Source of the DNA: Sedimentisphaerales bacterium
GTDB taxonomy: Bacteria > Planctomycetota > Phycisphaerae > Sedimentisphaerales > SM23-30
Assembly (NCBI GenBank): GCA_963663805.2
Contig: CAXXMR010000019.1
Coordinates: forward strand, 32,001-96,000
DNA: 64,000 nucleotides
Direction: 5' to 3'
Positions 57,740 through 64,000 of the stretch are shown piece after piece. Under the pieces are notes generated by a model. That model saw nothing but the letters and a program-made list of their open reading frames with translations. It did no database searches and was not told the origin of the DNA. The stretch's first letter is position 1. Each line of letters starts with the position of its first letter. The position numbers and the translations under genes are program-made.

Positions 57740-58723
57740 TCAGACCCATTTATTGCCGACAACTTCCTCGGCGTGGTAGGTGATTATCAGGTCCGCACCG
57801 GACCGCTTGAAACCGGTCAGGATTTCCATGACGACGGATTGTTCGTCAATCCAGCCTTTTTCGACCGCGGCTTTGACCATGGCATATTCACCTGAAACAT
57901 TATAGGCAGCGGTGGGAATCTTGAATGTGTCTTTAACCTGCCTGATTATGTCCAGATATGCCAGACCAGGCTTGACCATTACGATGTCCGCTCCTTCGGA
58001 TATGTCACGCTCGACTTCGCGGAGAGCTTCCTCGGAGTTGGCCGGGTCCATCTGATGGCTGCGTCGGTCGCCGGATTTGGGGGCACCCTCGGCGGCTTCG
58101 CGGAACGGGCCATAAAAGCTCGAAGCGTATTTCGCTGCATAGCTCATAATCGGCAGTGAATCGAAACCTTCGTTGTCCAGTGCCGTTCGGATAGTTCCTA
58201 CCGCACCATCAATCATCCCGGACGGAGCCAGCATATCCGCTCCGGCGTGGGCGTGGGAAAGGGCCTGCTTGGTGAGATTTTCCAGGCTGGCGGCCTGGTC
58301 AATTTTGCCATCTTCGTCCAGAATACCGCAATGGCCGTGGTCGGTATATTCGCAGAAACAGACATCGGTGATTACCAGAAGGTCGGGTATCTGATATTTC
58401 AGTTCGCGGACCGCCTGCTGGATGATGCCAGTGTCACAAAAGCTGTCCGAGCCAAGCGAGTCTTTCCGGGCAGGGATGCCAAACAGCAGTACAGCCTTAA
58501 TGCCTAGGTCATAAATTCGGCGAGCTTTATCGCCTAGTAAATCTACGGAAATCTGTTCCTGGCCCGGCATCGAGGAGATGGGGTGGCGGACACATTTGCC
58601 ATGATGCACGAACAGCGGGGCAATCAAATCCTCTATTCGTACATGATTTTCCCGGACCATGCTTCGCAGAGCGGGGCCAGAACGTAGTCGGCTGAGCCTT
58701 TCGTATTTCTTTTTCATATTCAT
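57740..58723 (-). CDS. hemB: Porphobilinogen synthase (Zn-dependent type)
   Basis: DVCFCEYTDHGHCG, SYAAKYASSFYGPFREA, MVKPG, AYNVSGEYAM. Confidence 0.97.
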   Translation of the reverse strand: MNMKKKYERLSRLRSGPALRSMVRENHVRIEDLIAPLFVHHGKCVRHPISSMPGQEQISVDLLGDKARRIYDLGIKAVLLFGIPARKDSLGSDSFCDTGIIQQAVRELKYQIPDLLVITDVCFCEYTDHGHCGILDEDGKIDQAASLENLTKQALSHAHAGADMLAPSGMIDGAVGTIRTALDNEGFDSLPIMSYAAKYASSFYGPFREAAEGAPKSGDRRSHQMDPANSEEALREVERDISEGADIVMVKPGLAYLDIIRQVKDTFKIPTAAYNVSGEYAMVKAAVEKGWIDEQSVVMEILTGFKRSGADLIITYHAEEVVGNKWV

Positions 58724-58871
58724 ATCATTACCCTCGGCGGACTAAAACTCCACTCAAAAATACGTTGCCCGGCATTTTACAAAAACTATACTATCGAGTA
58801 CTTTTTAGACCAAAATCATTAGAAAAAGGTGATATAGTATAGTCCAATCTTGCCAAAAACCTAAAAAAACA

Positions 58872-60320
58872 CAATCCTGTTCGGCACATTTATTGCTCAA
58901 ATACAGTTTTTCTGTGGTCTTTGCAGTTCATATGATTTAGCGGGGATTACCCCTCAGTGGGACTGTCGGCACTGGTTATTTTGGCGCAGCATCAGCGGCA
59001 GCGGCGATTTTTTTGAGGATCGGCCTTAGTTTTGGCTTTGGAGTTTATTGATATGGTTCTGCATTTCTTGCTCGTCGGCCATGCCGCAGAGGTGCCAGCA
59101 GAGCATTTCGTAGGTTCTTAAAGTTGGTTTTTTGCCCGTCCACAGGCTGATCAGCATACAGGCGATAATCGCGGCGTACATCTGTAGTTCGATACCGTTT
59201 TCGCAGAGGCTTAGCAGATGTCGGCAGCCCAGCACATGCTTAAAAAAGCGGAAAAATATTTCGATGGCCCAGCGTTTCTGATAGAGCAGGGCAATGACTT
59301 CGGCGTCCAGGTCCAGCCGGTCGGTGGCAATCAAAATCATCTCACTCTGACGTGGTCCCTGGCCCCGTTTCAAATGCGGTTGACATTCAACCGCTATCAG
59401 GCGTAACGGTTGTTTGAAATCTTCCCGCAGTTTTTCACTGCTGCCGGCGATTACCGTACGATCAAAAATTATCCCCGCTTTTCGAGCATCTTCAGTTAAA
59501 GGTTTTTCCTGAATAGTTTCGTAAACCGTATCCTCACGCAGCCGACAGACAAAAGAGCTTTTACTATCCACAATGGCCTGAAACAGCTTAAAACAGGCAT
59601 ATCCGCGATCATTGACATAAATCCGGCCGGGCTGAAGATTCTCTAAAAAAACCTTTCGCTCATCAGACTTGTCTTCACTGATATTTATTTTCAGAGGCAC
59701 ATATTTTTCCAGATCAAACTGAGTGTGTGCTTTAATTCCGGGTTTGTCGGTGTCCCAGGCAGCCTGAGTGAGTTTTTGCAAAGCCTGAATACTGCTGCCG
59801 TCCACCAGGGTAATGACCTGACCGACTTCCAGTTTTTTGTCCTGAGATATCGGCCCTAACTGCTCAGTGAGTTGAGCGATTATCGGCTCTAACAAAGAAC
59901 TCTCAAAAACCCGGGATGCTTCCGAAAGCGAACCCAGCGAAGCACGCGAACAACCCAACAGCCGCTGTACCTTTTTGAGCTCGCCGGCCTGCTGCAAAGA
60001 CCGGATGGAACTGCAGATCGGATTGAACATGTATAACAGCAGCAGACTGACATACTGGTCCATGAATAATGTGCGATTGCCGGCCCGGTCCCGCTCACAT
60101 CCCGCCGAGTGAAGACCTTTCAGCAGAGCCGAGAGGGACTTGAAATACTTGAACCCACGCAGGTCCCGCTCCTTGATTTTCTGACGCTTAGCACTCATGC
60201 CTCCTATTAGAGCATAAATATCCCTCGAGCGCAAATTACCTATCTTAACATTTCGGGTTTTTTTTAAAAAAAATACAGGAGGCCAAAAGCCTAAAGCAAT
60301 AAATGTGCCGAACAGGATTG
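58872..60320 (-). mobile_element. IS4-family element, 1449 bp
   Basis: Perfect 26-bp terminal IRs CAATCCTGTTCGGCACATTTATTGCT (58872-97, 60295-320). Confidence 0.92.
59026..60198 (-). CDS. IS4-family DDE transposase
   Basis: LVDGS, VNDRGY, YQKRWAIEIFFRFFK (YREK motif); ATG 60198 after GGAGG. Confidence 0.93.
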   Translation of the reverse strand: MSAKRQKIKERDLRGFKYFKSLSALLKGLHSAGCERDRAGNRTLFMDQYVSLLLLYMFNPICSSIRSLQQAGELKKVQRLLGCSRASLGSLSEASRVFESSLLEPIIAQLTEQLGPISQDKKLEVGQVITLVDGSSIQALQKLTQAAWDTDKPGIKAHTQFDLEKYVPLKINISEDKSDERKVFLENLQPGRIYVNDRGYACFKLFQAIVDSKSSFVCRLREDTVYETIQEKPLTEDARKAGIIFDRTVIAGSSEKLREDFKQPLRLIAVECQPHLKRGQGPRQSEMILIATDRLDLDAEVIALLYQKRWAIEIFFRFFKHVLGCRHLLSLCENGIELQMYAAIIACMLISLWTGKKPTLRTYEMLCWHLCGMADEQEMQNHINKLQSQN

Positions 60321-60455
60321 CGAAAATCACCAAAAAATCACCTAGAACGAGGCTGATAATCAGGAATTTAAAAGAAAAAAGAAACTTCGCGGTGGAAATC
60401 CCATAGTGGGTTTGGGTTTGATAGTGGGTGGTAGGTCCTAAAGTATATCATTTTC

Positions 60456-60484
60456 TTGACAAATCTGTTTCATTCTGGTAAGGT
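60456..60484 (+). promoter_or_regulatory. sigma70-type promoter
   Basis: TTGACA-17 bp-TAAGGT with extended -10. Confidence 0.55.
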
Positions 60485-60534
60485 AGTGGTGGAGAGTGTT
60501 GTTAGCAGTAATGTTTTTGGAACGGGAGAGAGCC

Positions 60535-61287
60535 ATGAAGCGGTATAATCGCGGTATTTTGTCTATTTTAACGGTTGTTGTTTGTTTTGTGTCTGGGGTA
60601 CGGGCCGATTATATGGCGGGAATTGATGTCTCGCATTACCAGGGGACAATAAACTGGAACAGTGTTGCTGCGGCGGGCAAAGAATTTGCGTTTGTAAAGG
60701 CCACGCAGGGGGTGGATTATGTTGACTCCATGTTTCTTACCAATGTTACCGGTGCCCACGCGGCGGGGTTGTTGACCGGAACTTACCACTACGCTACGCC
60801 TTATACCGGCGGGGCGATGGATGCCGCTCAGGAAGCCGCTGATTATGCCGCGGCTATTAGCCCTTATCTTACCGATGGTTATCTTCGTCCGGTCCTTGAT
60901 ATCGAAAGTGGTTATGCTTTAGGCAAGTCGGTACTGTCCAACTGGATTAACGTTTTTCAATCGACAATGGTTACGCTGACTGGTTACGAGCCGATTATTT
61001 ATTGCAACTCCAATTACGCCAGTAATTATTTCGATATCTCCATCGCGAACTATGACCTCTGGATAGCCCGCTGGTCCACGACCGAGCCCACCAGCAGTAC
61101 TTGTGGCGTGTGGGACGACTGGAGTTTCTGGCAATATTCCGACAGTGGTTCGGTCAGTGGCATTTCCGGTGCAGTTGACCTGAATTATTTCAAGGGTGAT
61201 ATAGGTGCTTTTATGGTTCCTGAACCTTTGACACTTACTTTGCTGGCGGCTGGTGCTTTTGTCATCAGAAAAAAACGTCGGCGTTAA
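60535..61287 (+). CDS. GH25 lysozyme (muramidase) with PEP-CTERM anchor
   Basis: Signal peptide; GIDVSHYQG, FVKATQG, GTYHY, VLDIE, LWIARW, FWQYS, VDLN; VPEPLTLTLLAAGAFVIRKKRRR. Confidence 0.9.
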   Translation: MKRYNRGILSILTVVVCFVSGVRADYMAGIDVSHYQGTINWNSVAAAGKEFAFVKATQGVDYVDSMFLTNVTGAHAAGLLTGTYHYATPYTGGAMDAAQEAADYAAAISPYLTDGYLRPVLDIESGYALGKSVLSNWINVFQSTMVTLTGYEPIIYCNSNYASNYFDISIANYDLWIARWSTTEPTSSTCGVWDDWSFWQYSDSGSVSGISGAVDLNYFKGDIGAFMVPEPLTLTLLAAGAFVIRKKRRR

Positions 61288-61539
61288 ATCCGCCCGGCGA
61301 AATAACGGTCCATAAATCCTCTAATAACCGTGGTTAAAGTCATCTGCGATGGATCCTCGCCCCTTTCTTTAGGGGTGGTGTGTTTGTTTAAAAACAATAA
61401 CGCAAAGGATTAACTTTTTTGTCTCGAAAGACAGATTATGTTTTTCAATAGTGATTACTCTGTCAGTTTAAAAACTGTATTATTCTGTTAATCAATGGTT
61501 TATATAATTTTTGTCTTTTGCTGGTATTTTATAATATAC

Positions 61540-61592
61540 TTGATATCTCCGGTTAGGCGTGCTATATTTAAGTAGCCTTAGCAAACGTTTGT
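61540..61592 (+). promoter_or_regulatory. sigma70 promoter with downstream LacI-type operator
   Basis: TTGATA-17 bp-TATATT (61540-68) then GCAAACGTTTGT (61581-92). Confidence 0.55.
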
Positions 61593-61642
61593 GTTGTCTG
61601 AAAAAGCAAATCGAGCCAATTGTGATTCCCGGAGGTATCAGA

Positions 61643-62488
61643 ATGAGAGTTTGTGCGGAAAAATCCCGGCGTGCTTTTACCTTGATTGAGCTTCTGGTGG
61701 TGGTGGCTATTATCGCTTTGCTGGTCAGCATACTTATGCCGGCAATGGGCAAGGCGCGTGAAGCGGCCCGGCGGGTTTACTGTTTGTCCAGTCTGGGCGG
61801 GCTGACCAAGACCGCTACGGTTTATGGTTGTGACAATAAGGATAAATTTCCTTATCAGGCGGCGTATGGGAATTTGGTAGTACAGTTGAACCCGATAGAA
61901 AATTCTGAGCCGCCAGCGAATCCTAATCGATACCCGACCTGGGTTGAGAGTCTGAAGGATTATGTCGAGACTGATGAGTATTTCAGGTGCATGAGTGCCA
62001 AGGCTGAGGAGACCAATCCTGTCTATGCTCCTACCGAAAAGGATGATATTTCATATTGTGCTAATGGGGTGGTGAGTCATTTTGGCGGCAGGATAGGCGG
62101 CAGGCATAGCGATTTGGTTGCTTACTTTGGCAACGGTCGACGTGGCTGCTATTCGGTGGTTCGCCCCCGATGCCTTATAACTCCGTCCGGTTCAGCAGAT
62201 GCGGACTTAAAGGCCGCTGATGCCCGCATGGAAGTAGAGGCTGAATGGTCGGGGTGGATGCGTTACAGTAACAGCACGCTGGCAAATCGCGAGGGTGGTT
62301 TGATAGAGCAGCCCCACGAGGACGGCAAGTGCTACGGTTTTGTTGACGGCCATGCCGCTTACGCCAAGTGGGAAGACGTCACCTGCAAATGGATGGGGCT
62401 GCAAATAAATGGCGATTATGAGGCACAGGAGCCGATTGGCCCGACCAGCTATGGTGATGCTTCGCGTAAAGGTAAGATTATCAAATAG
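61643..62488 (+). CDS. Prepilin-type N-terminal cleavage/methylation protein with H-X9-DG domain (DUF1559-like)
   Basis: [58 protein letters not shown] before ATG 61643. Confidence 0.9.
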   Translation: MRVCAEKSRRAFTLIELLVVVAIIALLVSILMPAMGKAREAARRVYCLSSLGGLTKTATVYGCDNKDKFPYQAAYGNLVVQLNPIENSEPPANPNRYPTWVESLKDYVETDEYFRCMSAKAEETNPVYAPTEKDDISYCANGVVSHFGGRIGGRHSDLVAYFGNGRRGCYSVVRPRCLITPSGSADADLKAADARMEVEAEWSGWMRYSNSTLANREGGLIEQPHEDGKCYGFVDGHAAYAKWEDVTCKWMGLQINGDYEAQEPIGPTSYGDASRKGKIIK

Positions 62489-62501
62489 GCTTGGGTGGTG
62501 G

Positions 62502-63680
62502 TTATTGGTCGATTTCTATACCGATGATTGTTACGTCATCGCGGGGATGGAGCGAGCCTTCTTCGCTGTCGATTATCTGGAGGAGTTTTTCGCACATCTG
62601 CTGGATGGGCAGGTGGCCGAGGTCTGAGAATTCCTGGCGGAAGCGTAGGGGTTCGTCGGGGCCTTCGTTTACAAAGGCAAGCTCTACGCCGTCACTGTAA
62701 ATCAGCAACTTATCGCCGGGGTCGAGCTGGATGGTTTCGGTCTGGTATTCGGGGTCGGGGAAAACTCCAAGCAGGGTGCCGGATACTTCCAGTTCGGAGG
62801 TTTGGCCATTTTTGTTGATACGCATGGGGGCGGGGTGGCCGGCGGAAGCTACTTTAAGTTGGCGGGTTTTGGTGTTGAGTATACCGCAGCAGCAGGTGGC
62901 AAACTGGAAGTTACTGAGGTCCTGCTGAATCATTTGCTGGTTGAGCTCTGCCAGGGCAGCGCCTGGGGCGACGAGTTCGTAGCTGTGGCCTGAGATTTTT
63001 TTGGTGACGAGGGCTTGTTTGACGAAGATTGAGAGCAGGGCGGCGGGCATACCATGTCCGACCACGTCTGCCAGCCAGAAACCGATATTATTTTCGTCCA
63101 GTCGGCCCAGTTCGTAGATGTCTCCTGAAACCCATGTGGCGGGTCGGAAAATGGAGGCGAATTTGTAGCCGGGTGTTTCGGGCAGTGTCCTGGGCAGGAA
63201 ATCTCGTTGCAGCCGACCTGCGAGCCTCATTTCCTCGTCAACAGCATTAAAAAACGAGTCGAGCGGCTGTCGAGCGAAATTAGCGTGTTTAAGTTCGGCG
63301 GAAAGCCGTTTCAGTTTGGGGGCCATCTCCAGCATCATGGCTAATCGGCCTTTTAACATCTCCGGGGATTCAGATTGTTTGACCAGAAACCCTTGTTTAT
63401 TCCCGGTTGGCCCTTCCTGTCCTGTCTGGTCGGCCAGAATCATTGTTTCGACAGCGAGCTTATCGAGTTTTTCGGTAAGCTCTTTCATGTCAGAGTCTTC
63501 TATTTCTTCTATTCGGGCCAGAACTGCCGCTTCAGGTGCGAAAAACGTTTGGTTTTCTACTATTACTTCCTGGCAACTGCAACTTTGAAACTTTACCTGC
63601 AAATCATTTAGCGCGTTTTCCAGCGACTGTGGGGTTTGGCCGTCGGGTGTGATTATCAGAACCTGGCTGCTGATTGTCAT
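62502..63680 (-). CDS. PP2C/SpoIIE-family (RsbU-like) serine phosphatase
   Basis: LQRDFLP, VSGDIY, ADVVGHG.PAA, SAGHP, YSDGV, DDVTII. Confidence 0.92.
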   Translation of the reverse strand: MTISSQVLIITPDGQTPQSLENALNDLQVKFQSCSCQEVIVENQTFFAPEAAVLARIEEIEDSDMKELTEKLDKLAVETMILADQTGQEGPTGNKQGFLVKQSESPEMLKGRLAMMLEMAPKLKRLSAELKHANFARQPLDSFFNAVDEEMRLAGRLQRDFLPRTLPETPGYKFASIFRPATWVSGDIYELGRLDENNIGFWLADVVGHGMPAALLSIFVKQALVTKKISGHSYELVAPGAALAELNQQMIQQDLSNFQFATCCCGILNTKTRQLKVASAGHPAPMRINKNGQTSELEVSGTLLGVFPDPEYQTETIQLDPGDKLLIYSDGVELAFVNEGPDEPLRFRQEFSDLGHLPIQQMCEKLLQIIDSEEGSLHPRDDVTIIGIEIDQ

Positions 63681-64000
63681 TCTCGTATCCGTTCTACCCC
63701 GTTGGGGGAGGGTGTTGGGCGTGCCATGTTTGGAAGGCCCGAAATATATTATCTTATATATATTTTTTCGACTGTATGGGGGTAGGGCTTTAGGGCAGTT
63801 TTGCCAGATTCAAAAGAAAATAACAGGCAAGGTGATTATTTCTTTAAGGTTATTCAAGTAAGGTAGTTACGTTATTTGTGCCGGGGACGCAGCCGAATTT
63901 AGCCTGTTGGGAGCGTCTTGGTGCATATGGGGGACGCGGCTGTTAGTTATCGGCGTTGTCGCACGCAGGTTCTTGTCTGACAAGGACTAACAAAATATTG

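Noticed and set aside
60199..60333. Hydrophobic N-terminal extension of the IS4 transposase
   Set aside because: It crosses the terminal IR; ATG 60198 has a good RBS
63681..64000. Short ORF or RNA at the window end
   Set aside because: No recognisable motif or structure; probably promoter DNA of a gene beyond the window

Overview
Bacterial chromosomal window, most likely from a planctomycete of the Phycisphaerae type. This is an inference from the PEP-CTERM proteins, an H-X9-DG prepilin-like protein, an ExbBD/vWA/TPR cluster, a UAP1-type pyrophosphorylase and an HPD-less J-domain-like protein. The backbone is housekeeping: ruvCAB, cysS, ispF, ilvBNC, pyrRBC, greA, lptFG, rpsO-pnp and hemB. 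Accessory DNA comprises a keto-glycoside-type sugar operon, a NotI-like restriction enzyme/adenine methylase pair, and an island at about 22.0-27.4 kb. That island holds a complete IS110/IS1111 element, a candidate immunity gene and an orphan RHS toxin split by an IS66 element. An IS4 element lies at 58.9-60.3 kb. The strongest observations are: (1) the IS1111 non-coding end contains readable bridge-RNA-like guides matching its own insertion site and circle junction; (2) a GlpX homologue has lost key catalytic residues and gained a histone-like tail; (3) two unrelated IS families share a 26-bp sequence; (4) a TonB-less ExbBD motor operon ends in a membrane-split DnaJ-like protein; (5) candidate structured leaders precede ilvB, pyrR and rpsO. 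ispF and pyrC each carry a frameshift in an A-run, which may be sequencing error or slippage. No rRNA, tRNA or CRISPR array was seen. All family calls come from motif recognition by eye, without database searches.
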